Shown: in pieces, positions 42,836 through 52,318 of the stretch
Position numbering within the stretch: position 1 is the stretch's first letter
How the letters are laid out: each line of letters begins with the position of its first letter
Notes under the pieces: model-generated
The model's database searches: none
Seen by the model: only the letters and a program-made list of their open reading frames with translations
Told to the model about the DNA's origin: nothing
Virus record (IMG/VR): IMGVR_UViG_3300008261_000019
Span: 1 to 60,014 of that record
DNA from: a virus
Taxonomy: Duplodnaviria; Caudoviricetes
Length of the DNA: 60,014 nucleotides
Strand: one strand, 5' to 3'
Translations under genes and position numbers: made by a program

Positions 42836-43972
42836 CAGTTATGTTACGAAGAGAATCGCTACTTCTCTCCTTCTATAGCTTTCACTATAGCTCAGACTAT
42901 ATCTTGCGCCATAAATTATTTATGGCGACTGAGCGCTTCGAGTCGCTTGACTCTACTCCTATCGGATAGTCGTTGAACCTTCCCCTCATCAGGGCTTGGC
43001 TGCGCAATGGGTTTAAAAACCGATTATCCAATCCTAATTATTTTATGAGCATTCACGTTTAGGCTTATCTCATCCTTGCGTTGTAGCTAATTAGGCTCTA
43101 AGGACTTTCCCGCAATTCACTCAGTAGGGACATATATTTATTATATTTTCGCTTCAATCTCATATTTTCGTTAGAATCTTTATAAAGCCAATTTAATATA
43201 TTAATAACGCTTTGTATTTTACTAGTTTGCAGAGATTTTATAGAAGAGTTTTTCATTTGATAAAGAGTTGTTAATTCTGGTAAATACTTTTTTATTTCGA
43301 GTAACATATCTTCTCCACCAGCGATTTTAAATGTCCAACAATTTCTACTAACTGTTAAACATCCATCTCCATCAAAATATCCTCTAATAAAATGATGTAC
43401 TAGACTTTTATCAATTACCGGCATTTTGCACACAATAGATTTTCTTTCAATAACTCCATGATTTATAAGGTCTTTGCACATTTGTGTAGAATTAACTTTT
43501 AATAAACAAGCAGAATGGTTTTTAATATTTTTAATTTGAATTTTATAATTTGATTCAATTTCTTTTTGAAAATTATTTAAATGGTCTATGTCATCACTAT
43601 TTAAATTTATTTGCAGTCTATATGAAAATTTATCAGAACCTTTATATACACATCCATCTGCCATTATAAATCCTAGCCAATATGCTTTTTCTGGAGTATC
43701 AATACTATAAAAGTATTTTTCGTTGAAAGAAAACTTTCTTGCTCCTTGCGAGCCGACATTTTGATTAATATCATAGTACTTCATTAAATTATAAACAGTC
43801 TTATAATTGACTGAATATAATTCCGCAATTTTATAAGCGCTTTTATATTTATTATAAAGATTTTCTAACTCTTGTTTTGAAGCAAATACCTTCATTTTGC
43901 CAGCCATATTATCACCTTCATATTAAGATAATAATATTATATAAGGTATTGTTTGAAAATACAATGATGTTT
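42836..43972 (-). ncRNA. Group I self-splicing intron in terL
   Basis: Exon 1 ends in U (TGGGAT) and the intron ends in G (ATAACTG). Core elements on the minus strand: GAATTGCGGGAAA (P), CGCAGCCAAG (Q), GTTCAACGACTA (R), AAGATATAGTC (S). IGS GTCCC pairs with exon GGGAT. Splicing restores GIDWD-KYEND. Confidence 0.9.
43098..43907 (-). CDS. Intron-encoded LAGLIDADG homing endonuclease
   Basis: Two motifs, YWLGFIMADG and FIRGYFDGDG, plus an N-terminal HTH-like segment. Confidence 0.92.
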   Translation of the reverse strand: MAGKMKVFASKQELENLYNKYKSAYKIAELYSVNYKTVYNLMKYYDINQNVGSQGARKFSFNEKYFYSIDTPEKAYWLGFIMADGCVYKGSDKFSYRLQINLNSDDIDHLNNFQKEIESNYKIQIKNIKNHSACLLKVNSTQMCKDLINHGVIERKSIVCKMPVIDKSLVHHFIRGYFDGDGCLTVSRNCWTFKIAGGEDMLLEIKKYLPELTTLYQMKNSSIKSLQTSKIQSVINILNWLYKDSNENMRLKRKYNKYMSLLSELRESP

Positions 43973-44932
43973 ATCCCAGTCAATTCCGAGTATTCGAGGA
44001 CCTCTTTTTTCGAATTTATAATCTACATAATCTATGCCCAGTGATTGTCCTAAGTTGACTGCTTTATCTAGATGGCTTTTTAAATATACGCCCCTAGATT
44101 CTTCGCCAAACTCAGCCATAACTTCTTGTATATATCTTACTTCGGTTAATTCATCTTTTAATTCATCTAAATAAGTTCTACCCGTATCTTTATTTACCTT
44201 TAATAATTCTGGGTTTACAGTAGATGGTGCATAGCATTCTCTCCAACCATTCGTAGGAGCGCCTGTACACCACTTATAGAAGGAGCTACGACGACCTGAG
44301 GGTGTTGATGCGGCAATAATTTTAATACGCTCAGGAGCCTCATTACGAATGTTTAAGATGTTAGTAATATCACTATCGTTTAAGTAATCGCACTCATCTA
44401 ATATGATAAGGTCAGCTCTTTGTCCGCGAGTTGATGCTGCGCCCGTAGAGTTCTTTGTACTTGCTGTTTGTCCTTTAATACTTGTGCCATTATAAAGACT
44501 TAATTGGTGATGAACATCTCGCTCAATTGAAGAACGTATTTCTGGAGACATATCGATTAATTGCTGTATCCGTTCAAATATTAAATCGACTTGAGCTTCA
44601 TAAGGCGCAATAATTAAAATATCATATTGGTTGTTTGGGCCTTTGTTTGGTTGCATCATTGCATGCCACAAGATAGAGATACACATGACTTCCGTTTTCC
44701 CGAGACGTCTGCCTAGGCGCATAACTGTTTGTTTTGAATTAACAATAGTATGCAACATCGAGAATTGATAATCTCTTGCATGCCAATCTAAAAAAGCAGC
44801 AGCCCAGTTTACTGGATTAATATAAATTTCTATCATCATAATCTCTTCTTGACTAAAACCAAGCACTTCAAGTTCATCTTTCGATTTCCCTTGAAGTGCT
44901 TGAGCAATTTCAAACCATTGATTTGATGCCAT
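43973..44932 (-). CDS. terL: Terminase large subunit, exon 1 (ATPase domain)
   Basis: RDYQ, Walker A GRRLGKT, Walker B LIILDE, motif III ASTP; ends GIDWD. Confidence 0.92.
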
Positions 44933-44956
44933 ATTAATTTCCCCTATTTTTATCTT

Positions 44957-46111
44957 TTAATAATCGCTTGAACCCGATATTTGATTTAGTCCGTATATAG
45001 CTCCTGCAGTTGCTCCAATACGAGCAGCACTTTGACCAAATGTTCCGCCAACATAATATTCTCCAACGGCAGTAAGTCCAGACATTGCTCTATCCATTGT
45101 ATCTAGCTTAACATTTTTCTTTACAAGTTTTCCCCTCCCACTTCTACCAGTCATTTCTTCTTGTAGTTTATTAATTTTATTAGTTGAATCTATATATCCT
45201 TGGTCCTGCATTGCTGTATCGCTATATTGTACTTCTCCTTTTTCATTTTTTGTTCCAAACTTTTCAGCTCTTTCTCTTCTTAAGTTTGCAAGAGCTTTTG
45301 CGTCTTTTATATTATTATCAATTGCTGTTTGCTGGTCTTCTGTATATCTCTTACCTCTACCGCTTTTCATTTCATTATAAGCTCTTCTTCCAGCTACAGT
45401 TGTTCCGCTGAATAAACCGCCTTGTTCCTGTGCCTGCCTAACTACCGAAGATTTATTGGCATCTTTATTTGTAGGATTAGATGTATTTTTTTTTGCTTTT
45501 CTGGCTGCTAATCTATTTTTTTCCCTTTGTGCGTGTGGTTGATTTACTTTCGTCCACTCCGCAAGCTCATCTTTAGAAATAGTAGCCCATCCGCTTTTAT
45601 TATTGGCAGAAACCTGACTACTCGATGTAAGACTCAAACCAGGTGCCAAAGATGAATTAGTGCTAAAATCCTGATTAGTAACTCTACTAGTTCCACTAGA
45701 TGTTGAAGATAAGTTAACTCTTGAAGCATTATTACTAACCGTAGAATTAATACTACCATTGTCTACTACACTTGCCTCTACATCTATTGGTTCATTGTAT
45801 CTTTTATTTTTTGGTATATTACCAGAGCCGTAACTAATTATTTCTGGATTATGTACATAAACTTCTGGTAATCTTGCTGAACCCGGACCTATACCTGGAG
45901 AATACAAACTTTTAACATCATAATTGGCTGAAGAATATCCCATTTCTTGTATTGGCGTCGGACCCTGAGTAACAGAAAGTTCATTACTCATTTGTTCTAC
46001 TGCTTTTGATTCCTGTACTGCTTTTGTTTCTTGCGCAACTTTACTGCCCATTCCCTTACCCTTGAGATTAGCTTTTCCTCTAGAGCGTTTATATTTTGGC
46101 ATCTTTGCCAT
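44957..46111 (-). CDS. Hypothetical low-complexity protein (possible internal virion protein)
   Basis: 384 aa; Ser/Asn/Lys-rich with a Gly/Ala hydrophobic C-terminus. Confidence 0.6.
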   Translation of the reverse strand: MAKMPKYKRSRGKANLKGKGMGSKVAQETKAVQESKAVEQMSNELSVTQGPTPIQEMGYSSANYDVKSLYSPGIGPGSARLPEVYVHNPEIISYGSGNIPKNKRYNEPIDVEASVVDNGSINSTVSNNASRVNLSSTSSGTSRVTNQDFSTNSSLAPGLSLTSSSQVSANNKSGWATISKDELAEWTKVNQPHAQREKNRLAARKAKKNTSNPTNKDANKSSVVRQAQEQGGLFSGTTVAGRRAYNEMKSGRGKRYTEDQQTAIDNNIKDAKALANLRRERAEKFGTKNEKGEVQYSDTAMQDQGYIDSTNKINKLQEEMTGRSGRGKLVKKNVKLDTMDRAMSGLTAVGEYYVGGTFGQSAARIGATAGAIYGLNQISGSSDY

Positions 46112-46124
46112 CTATTTCACCTCT

Positions 46125-46577
46125 TTAAAATGCACCTCTATGTAATGAGCGAGCTTCATTTCCTAAAGCACTTCTTAGATTTTGTCTACTGCTAGCCATC
46201 ATCTGAGTCGCTCTTTGACGCATTGTATAGTTTTGTTCAGTATCTTCATACTTCCAACTTGCAAAGTTACCGTATTTACTTTTTAATCTTGACTCCATTA
46301 GTTTTTTATCAAATATTCCTGACTCGCCAATTGCTTTTGCGCCCTCGTAACCAATGTCTTTAGCTGCCGCAATCCAAGGAGCAAATTCCCATAATGCAGT
46401 ATCTAAAGCAGCGTAACCAAATGATACTGCTTTTGATTCATCTGGATTTTCTTCTCTTCGGTATTGATATGTAGATATTCCTTGCCAGCCAGTAAAACCT
46501 GCCCAAGCTACTCTACCTACACTTAATCCTCCAGCGCGAACTGAGTTCTGACCTGTTTGATTTGTTACCATTGCCAT
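46125..46577 (-). CDS. Hypothetical protein (possible internal virion protein)
   Basis: 150 aa; TMRQRATQMM..SRQNLRSALGNEA..LH C-terminus. Confidence 0.6.
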   Translation of the reverse strand: MAMVTNQTGQNSVRAGGLSVGRVAWAGFTGWQGISTYQYRREENPDESKAVSFGYAALDTALWEFAPWIAAAKDIGYEGAKAIGESGIFDKKLMESRLKSKYGNFASWKYEDTEQNYTMRQRATQMMASSRQNLRSALGNEARSLHRGAF

Positions 46578-46578
46578 A

Positions 46579-47412
46579 TTACAGGAATCCTCCTTTTCTT
46601 GAATTGTTTAATGCAAACACTAGGTCTCCGCTTGCGCCCATCGTATCAACCGTTCTAGTCGGATTATTCGAACCTGGAGTCATTCCTGCATTATCAAAAT
46701 AATAATTTGGCTGAATTACATTTGTGTTCTCCAAATTCATTGTGCTATTAATCCCTGCACTTTTACCGCCCATTGCTCCACCGACAACTAGTGAACCCAA
46801 AAACACTGGTAAGCCGATTGCAGGGTTTCTTCTTGTTTTCCATAATGCGGTTCCAACGGCTGCGGCAACACCTGCAGCTTCGACTGCCAATGTTCCTGCA
46901 ACTTGAGCACCAGCAACAGACCCCATGACTGCTCCTCTTGCCAATGGAGCAGCTGCATTATCTGCCAGCTTTAAAAGCCCGACAGAGCCTTTTTCAAGAG
47001 CGCTAAGGGTTAGACCGCCAACTCCTTTTGTAAAAGCTCCTGCGCCATAAGAGAGAGGTTTTGTGATGGATGTAGCAATATCTCCAGCAACCCCAAATGT
47101 TCCTGCGCTTGCTAACCCCATTCCATATTCTAAACCCGCTCCAGCATAATTCAATACACCCAAACTACTTTGTCCAAAAAATCTTCCTATATTTGCTAGT
47201 GAACTTTGGCCTTCTATTCTTTCAACTGACCGTTTAAATTGACTAGTTCCTCTTGCAAATAAACTTTTTGCGTCATTTGTGTAGTCATTATATATTGTGC
47301 TAGTTATATTTCCTGAATAAGAATAGTTACCCTTTTCAGCAAAAGCTCCTCCAAAAGCAGCGAGATTATTTCCCGCGTTATACATTACCGAAGTAAATAA
47401 ACCACCAATCAT
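46579..47412 (-). CDS. Gly/Ala-rich hydrophobic protein (possible ejection protein)
   Basis: 277 aa with long Gly/Ala hydrophobic stretches. Confidence 0.6.
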   Translation of the reverse strand: MIGGLFTSVMYNAGNNLAAFGGAFAEKGNYSYSGNITSTIYNDYTNDAKSLFARGTSQFKRSVERIEGQSSLANIGRFFGQSSLGVLNYAGAGLEYGMGLASAGTFGVAGDIATSITKPLSYGAGAFTKGVGGLTLSALEKGSVGLLKLADNAAAPLARGAVMGSVAGAQVAGTLAVEAAGVAAAVGTALWKTRRNPAIGLPVFLGSLVVGGAMGGKSAGINSTMNLENTNVIQPNYYFDNAGMTPGSNNPTRTVDTMGASGDLVFALNNSRKGGFL

Positions 47413-47431
47413 AAAATCACGCCCTTAAATC

Positions 47432-48031
47432 TTAAAAGAATGGAACACCCATAATGTCGCGTTCGCCACTTGCATTATAAGTGACCCCACCACCAGATAT
47501 TCCTCTTACTGCACCAGATGCACCAAAGTAGGCAGCTCCTAGCATTCCGTATTTTATTGCTCTATCTGGACCCTTACCAGCATTCATAAAGTCAACAAAG
47601 TTACCTACGTTTCCTGGGCCATACATATCCACGACTCTGCCTTTTCGACCAACCATTTCTTTTTTATATCCGGCGCCTTCATATTTGCCCATTAAAGCAT
47701 TATCATAGTCTTCATTTAATTTTGTTTTTTCATTTTCGGCATCTTCAATTTGTTTTTGTCTAGCTTTTAATTTATCTCCCTCTAGCCCGTCCATTCCACT
47801 TTTTAAGCCATCAATCTTTTTTTGAGCATTTGTAATTTTTCCTTTTTCACCATGAAAAAAATCATTTGCATATTTTCTTGTATCATGTGAAGCTGTCATT
47901 TTTGCATATTGGTCCTCTGAATTTGTTCCTTTTGCTACTCGACTAAGCCATGTTCCTTCTGTACCTGTAAACACGTCGTCAAGAACGCCCCATACTTTTT
48001 GAAAACTTGAATTACTTCCGATTTTTCCCAT
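47432..48031 (-). CDS. Hypothetical protein with coiled coil and C-terminal Gly-rich hydrophobic segment
   Basis: 199 aa; SD GAGGTG. Confidence 0.6.
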   Translation of the reverse strand: MGKIGSNSSFQKVWGVLDDVFTGTEGTWLSRVAKGTNSEDQYAKMTASHDTRKYANDFFHGEKGKITNAQKKIDGLKSGMDGLEGDKLKARQKQIEDAENEKTKLNEDYDNALMGKYEGAGYKKEMVGRKGRVVDMYGPGNVGNFVDFMNAGKGPDRAIKYGMLGAAYFGASGAVRGISGGGVTYNASGERDIMGVPFF

Positions 48032-48042
48032 CTTAATTCACC

Positions 48043-48204
48043 TCAATATCCTGATTTTCGACCCATCATCATTGGTCGATTTCTTTTTGTTGAAATCATG
48101 CTCTTTGGCTTTGCGACAGGTGACTTAATTGCATTGCCAGCTTTGTTAACCAAGCCATTTAAGAAATGACATCCATTACTCATAATTCTTCCATACCCAG
48201 CCAT
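48043..48204 (-). CDS. Small basic protein (53 aa)
   Basis: Below the ORF-track cutoff; SD AAGGAGGAG then ATG; MAGYGRIMSNGCHF...RKSGY; fills the gap between adjacent genes. Confidence 0.6.
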   Translation of the reverse strand: MAGYGRIMSNGCHFLNGLVNKAGNAIKSPVAKPKSMISTKRNRPMMMGRKSGY

Positions 48205-48207
48205 GTT

Positions 48208-48915
48208 TTACTCCTCCTTGTCTTTAGGAGTTACGTCAATGATTTTACCTTCTTCCTGCAGTCTTCTTACTTTTTGAATTAATTCTGCAGCTCGACTCGA
48301 AGGGTCATTTACGGTTAAGATATCAACTTTTTTATCTTTTCTCGTTGAATTCATTTGATTTAATAACTTTATCCGTTCTAATCGTAACTTATTTTTAGCT
48401 TCAAAAGCTTTATGTAATTCGGGTCTTGTTAATACATTTCCCCGAGCATCTACGCCTGTTATGACTTCTTCGATAAAATCACCACTAACAGCCAAATAAT
48501 TGTCAGCTCTTAGCATTAAGATTTCGATATCGATAATATCTTTGATAATCGAATGGTCGACCGTGTCATCGTCTTTAATATCAAATTCTCTGCAATATTT
48601 ATCAAAGCGCTCTAAGACAGCTCCAACTTCAATTGGACATCTTCCGCCTACGTCTAAGTCATCTTCTTCTATCCAGCAAGTCGCTCGAAATGGACAGCTA
48701 TTTCCCTGACAAACAATTGGCACTCCTGAATACATTCCATGGCGCATATTATGAAAAGCTCTGGCTTTCCTAACATTCTCTAAAGCTTTTACGCTATTAA
48801 AGCCCCAGACAAATGGAATGCCACTTTCCTCAAGTAATCTTTCCACTTCATGATTTTTGTTTTGACTAAAAGGATGCGCCAGTATTTCTTTTTTATCAGT
48901 TTGCTTTTTTCCCAT
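48208..48915 (-). CDS. Hypothetical protein, possible terminase small subunit
   Basis: 235 aa near the start of the late operon, upstream of terL; RHGMYS, Cys cluster, helical C-terminus with IIDV. Confidence 0.45.
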   Translation of the reverse strand: MGKKQTDKKEILAHPFSQNKNHEVERLLEESGIPFVWGFNSVKALENVRKARAFHNMRHGMYSGVPIVCQGNSCPFRATCWIEEDDLDVGGRCPIEVGAVLERFDKYCREFDIKDDDTVDHSIIKDIIDIEILMLRADNYLAVSGDFIEEVITGVDARGNVLTRPELHKAFEAKNKLRLERIKLLNQMNSTRKDKKVDILTVNDPSSRAAELIQKVRRLQEEGKIIDVTPKDKEE

Positions 48916-49010
48916 TCCGATTCTCCCCTAGATAATAGAAAACGGCTACTGGTCAGCGCTTAATCAGCAAATTGCTCCTAGTTCGCTCCGTAGCCGTATA
49001 TATTATTATT

Positions 49011-49205
49011 TTATTGAATATTACTGTAATTGTAAATCAAAAGTAACAAAATCATAAATCCTAATAATAAATTATAAAATAAAATACGGACCATCATGTT
49101 GGTTAACTGACGATTTAAATAATACGCGATAATTATGTCCGCAATATTAAATCCAACAAATCCTAAGATAATTCCCATGCAGAATATTACTGCAACCATG
49201 AGCAA
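49011..49205 (-). CDS. Small membrane protein (two TM segments; holin-like possibility)
   Basis: 64 aa with two hydrophobic segments; SD GGAGTG. Confidence 0.5.
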   Translation of the reverse strand: MLMVAVIFCMGIILGFVGFNIADIIIAYYLNRQLTNMMVRILFYNLLLGFMILLLLIYNYSNIQ

Positions 49206-49235
49206 TCACTCCAAGAGATGTATTACACATATGGT

Positions 49236-49529
49236 TTATGTATTTGGCTTGCTAATTTTTAAATCATCTCTGCATTCTTCGCAATATCTTTTCTTTCTCT
49301 CTTTTCTTTTAATCAAAACAACCTTTTTGCAAAATACGCATTGATACTCTTTGTCATTTCGTTCCTGTAAATTTGCAGTAGGAATATTGTATTTAATCCG
49401 TGTACGGTTAATTGTTGCACGGGAGCATCCTATAACATCCGCAATTTCTTTATCAGTCAAGCCCTCTTGTTGGCTTAGTCTTGTTATTTCTTTTACTAAA
49501 AATGGTAGCATTAGATTACACTTCCCCAA
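49236..49529 (-). CDS. HTH plus zinc-ribbon protein (putative transcription regulator)
   Basis: GLTDKEIADVIGCSRATINR HTH; CVFC...CEEC. Confidence 0.7.
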   Translation of the reverse strand: MGKCNLMLPFLVKEITRLSQQEGLTDKEIADVIGCSRATINRTRIKYNIPTANLQERNDKEYQCVFCKKVVLIKRKERKKRYCEECRDDLKISKPNT

Positions 49530-50595
49530 AAAATGAAATTTATCTATTTTTTCATAGATATTTGTAACATCTTTTTACTCTAATAAATTATTCTACTCCA
49601 CCCTTCTCCACTTTTTCAAATCACCCCTCTCAAAGACTCCGTCTGTATAAGGTTCCATTTTTTACTATTTCTATAATTATACTATTTAGTCATATATTGT
49701 TAATAGGCGCAACCCACAGTTATTTGCCTCAATCATGATAAAGCTGTCTGAAGAGCCGTGTTCAACTCACATAAAAAAATACCATCAAAGACCGAGGTTA
49801 TGTTCCTCCGAAGATTCTGTAACTATGTCTTCGGTCTGTATTTTTCTAGCCTCGTTTTGTATAAGGTTTTAGATTTGTAGATGACAATGTCAATTCTTGC
49901 CATTTCAGCTATAAACCTTAGTACTTGAGTATCTTTTTTTATCTTTTAATAGCTAGTAGTTATATATAGTTAGGTAATATATAAGTTATAAATAATAGAA
50001 CACCTCGCCTAGGCCAATGTGTGACATGACTAATGTTTAATTTGTGAACATTTTGTGTCTAATACTTATACACTATGTATAACCATTGTATAATAATATG
50101 GTATTAAAATGGGAATTTTACATATCATATTTTTGATATGAAGTACATACATTGGATTAATTTTATTGTAGCACAGTTTTCTTGTAATTTATTCAAATTG
50201 TTTTGAAAACAAATAGAAATATTTTTGTAATTAGTTAGCACAAGTTAGCGCTTACATTTTATTCATGAATTTAATGAGTCATATGTGCGAAGCACATATT
50301 TGAATTCTAATCATTTATTGCATCTTATTTTTAAATTCCTTATAGGAATAAAAAATTATACATATATATTTTTGGGACCCTGCCTTTTTATTTAAAGGGG
50401 CGGGGTCTTTTTTATTTATTTTTATTTTCTTATAAATAAATTCAAATATTTCATATATATTTTTTGCGGTGCGAAAATCGTTAAGGGGTTGGAAAAAGTA
50501 TATATATTTTTCTGCGGTGCCAGGCCTATATATTAATGTGAACCACAGCGTTCGATGCCCCACTGGTATTAGACGTTGTGTGCCTCCGCGTCTCA

Positions 50596-50653
50596 AGGGT
50601 AAGAAGCATATACGATACTACTTCGGTAGTTACTCGACAAGTATATGTACCTT
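50596..50653 (+). ncRNA. Unidentified structured RNA motif, copy 1
   Basis: GGT-AAGAA-GCATATAC-GAT-ACTAC-TTCG-GTAGT-TACTCGACAA-GTATATGT-ACC; covaries with the copy at 51842. Confidence 0.6.
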
Positions 50654-50706
50654 AATCACTGTCGTTACCGTCACATGCCAATAAGCTAGATACACTAGAT
50701 GAGGCA

Positions 50707-51321
50707 ATGAAAGGAGATGTCTCTATGTTGGAGATGTTGTTGTTTGGGTTGTTGTCTGCTTTAGTTGTTATTCTATTGATGCCTGCTGATGTGCAAGCAT
50801 CTATTCGTCGTGCGCTTGTGTCTGCTGCTCGTCGCTTTGCTGATGTCATTGAGTCGGGTCATGCTCGTGCTGCTAGTCGTCCTGTTACTGAATCCTCTAA
50901 AGAAGGTATTACCAAGAAGAATCCTTGGTCTGAGCCAAAGGTAGTATCGGTTGAAAAAGTTGTTGACGTTGATGCCCTTGAGCGTCGCTTTGCTATGATA
51001 CAAGACCAGCTTGATGCATCGCAAAACCGCTTTCAGTCGTTCTTGTACAATTACCATGGCGATATGGCTCGTGTTGGGGATAAGCTTCAAGAGGTTGATG
51101 GATTGGATAGACAATTAGATTCTACACACTCCAGTATCGAATATCTTCGCTCATTAGACCGTAAGCTTGAGCTTAGAGTAATTGCAATTGAGGAATTACT
51201 ACAATCACCTCGCGAACTTAAGGAAGCTCTTGAAAAGGTTGAAGACCAAGCAACCCAGCTTCGTAAAGAAATTGAACGTCAGAATGCTATCACTGAACAG
51301 TTGAAAAAGTTTGAGTACTAA
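50707..51321 (+). CDS. Membrane-anchored coiled-coil protein
   Basis: N-terminal TM and heptad C-terminus; likely start is the ATG at ~50725 behind AAAGGAG. Confidence 0.7.
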   Translation: MKGDVSMLEMLLFGLLSALVVILLMPADVQASIRRALVSAARRFADVIESGHARAASRPVTESSKEGITKKNPWSEPKVVSVEKVVDVDALERRFAMIQDQLDASQNRFQSFLYNYHGDMARVGDKLQEVDGLDRQLDSTHSSIEYLRSLDRKLELRVIAIEELLQSPRELKEALEKVEDQATQLRKEIERQNAITEQLKKFEY

Positions 51322-51329
51322 AATCGTTC

Positions 51330-51360
51330 AGGGTCAGGGGCTTCGGTCTCTGGCCCTTTT
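51330..51360 (+). terminator. Intrinsic terminator
   Basis: AGGGTCAGGGGC-TTCG-GTCTCTGGCCCT-TTT. Confidence 0.75.
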
Positions 51361-51392
51361 ATATATAAATCACACTACAAGGAGTTGTTGTT

Positions 51393-51830
51393 ATGTTTGT
51401 ATTCTTTGGTTTTGTCTTTTCATTCTGCTTGATTGTTGTTCTATTGCAAAAGGCTGGTAAGTACCGTGTATTACGGGTAATCGGTGATGTTCTTCGTGAT
51501 ATCGCTGATAAGGTTGAGGGCGTTACTATTGAGACTCGTGAGATTGATGAGTCCCAAGTTCCATCGAATATTCTTAAGGCTGCTAAGTTAGCGCAGCCAG
51601 TCAGCTTAGTAAGTGGTCCTAAAGTATGTGCAGTGTTTGAGTGTGTACTTGATGATGGGTCTGTTACTACGTTAGAGGTTCATGAGTTAGAATCGGTTAT
51701 TTGGATAACTGAGGTTTATCTCAATGGATTTGGCTTCAAGAAGGTTGCTGAGCGTCCTAGTATCAGCATGCATCGCAAGGTATTCGTTGATGGTAAATGT
51801 ACTGTCTGCGAGTACTTTCTCCCTCTTTAA
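51393..51830 (+). CDS. Hypothetical membrane-anchored protein
   Basis: SD AAGGAG; N-terminal TM. Confidence 0.7.
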   Translation: MFVFFGFVFSFCLIVVLLQKAGKYRVLRVIGDVLRDIADKVEGVTIETREIDESQVPSNILKAAKLAQPVSLVSGPKVCAVFECVLDDGSVTTLEVHELESVIWITEVYLNGFGFKKVAERPSISMHRKVFVDGKCTVCEYFLPL

Positions 51831-51841
51831 TCGTTGTTCAT

Positions 51842-51899
51842 GGTGAGAAGCTTACCTAATACTCATCTCCACATGAGTCACTTGGCAAGGGTAAGTACC
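51842..51899 (+). ncRNA. Unidentified structured RNA motif, copy 2
   Basis: GGT-GAGAA-GCTTACCT-AAT-ACTCAT-CTCCAC-ATGAGT-CACTTGGCAA-GGGTAAGT-ACC. Confidence 0.6.
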
Positions 51900-51934
51900 T
51901 AATTCATATTCATTTAATTAAAGGAGATGTTCTT

Positions 51935-52255
51935 ATGTTTAATGTTAAGTTGAATCGCAGAGGTAAGATTGTTCGACTGTTGTTTGTTGTCGCATTGTTC
52001 ACAATGATTATTACTGGTATTGCGGATAGCTTCTTCAAGGATGCATTTAAGGTAGTGGATTACGAAGAGGTAGTTGTCTCTGATGGAGATACCATCTGGA
52101 TGTTGTGCAAGAAGTTTAATGGACGAGTAATTGCATCATCGACCGGGGATGTTGGTGAATGTGTTCATCATGTAAGTAAGATGAATCCTGAGCAATCTGA
52201 TACGTTACGCTCTGGTGATGTTATTAAGATGCCTGTATTGGCTGTTAATGAGTAG
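51935..52255 (+). CDS. TM plus LysM protein, YneA-like cell division inhibitor
   Basis: N-terminal TM; VVVSDGDTIWMLC...MNP...TLRSGDVIKMP LysM; 106 aa, the same architecture as Bacillus YneA. Confidence 0.7.
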   Translation: MFNVKLNRRGKIVRLLFVVALFTMIITGIADSFFKDAFKVVDYEEVVVSDGDTIWMLCKKFNGRVIASSTGDVGECVHHVSKMNPEQSDTLRSGDVIKMPVLAVNE

Positions 52256-52280
52256 TCGTTCAATGACTTGATTTGAATAT

Positions 52281-52316
52281 GGAGAGGGCCTCATAGATGG
52301 GGTCTTCTCCTTTTTA
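52281..52316 (+). terminator. Intrinsic terminator
   Basis: GGAGAGGGCCTCA-taga-TGGGGTCTTCTCC-TTTTT. Confidence 0.7.
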
Positions 52317-52318
52317 TT

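Noticed and set aside
42815-43972. Intein in terL
   Set aside because: The frame is broken by stop codons and group I intron core elements are present
436-49536. Short plus-strand ORFs opposite the structural genes
   Set aside because: Antisense shadows of long minus-strand genes; no recognisable motifs
50315-50684. ORFs 50315-50596 (-) and 50469-50684 (+)
   Set aside because: They overlap AT-rich repeats and a structured RNA motif, and lack a convincing SD
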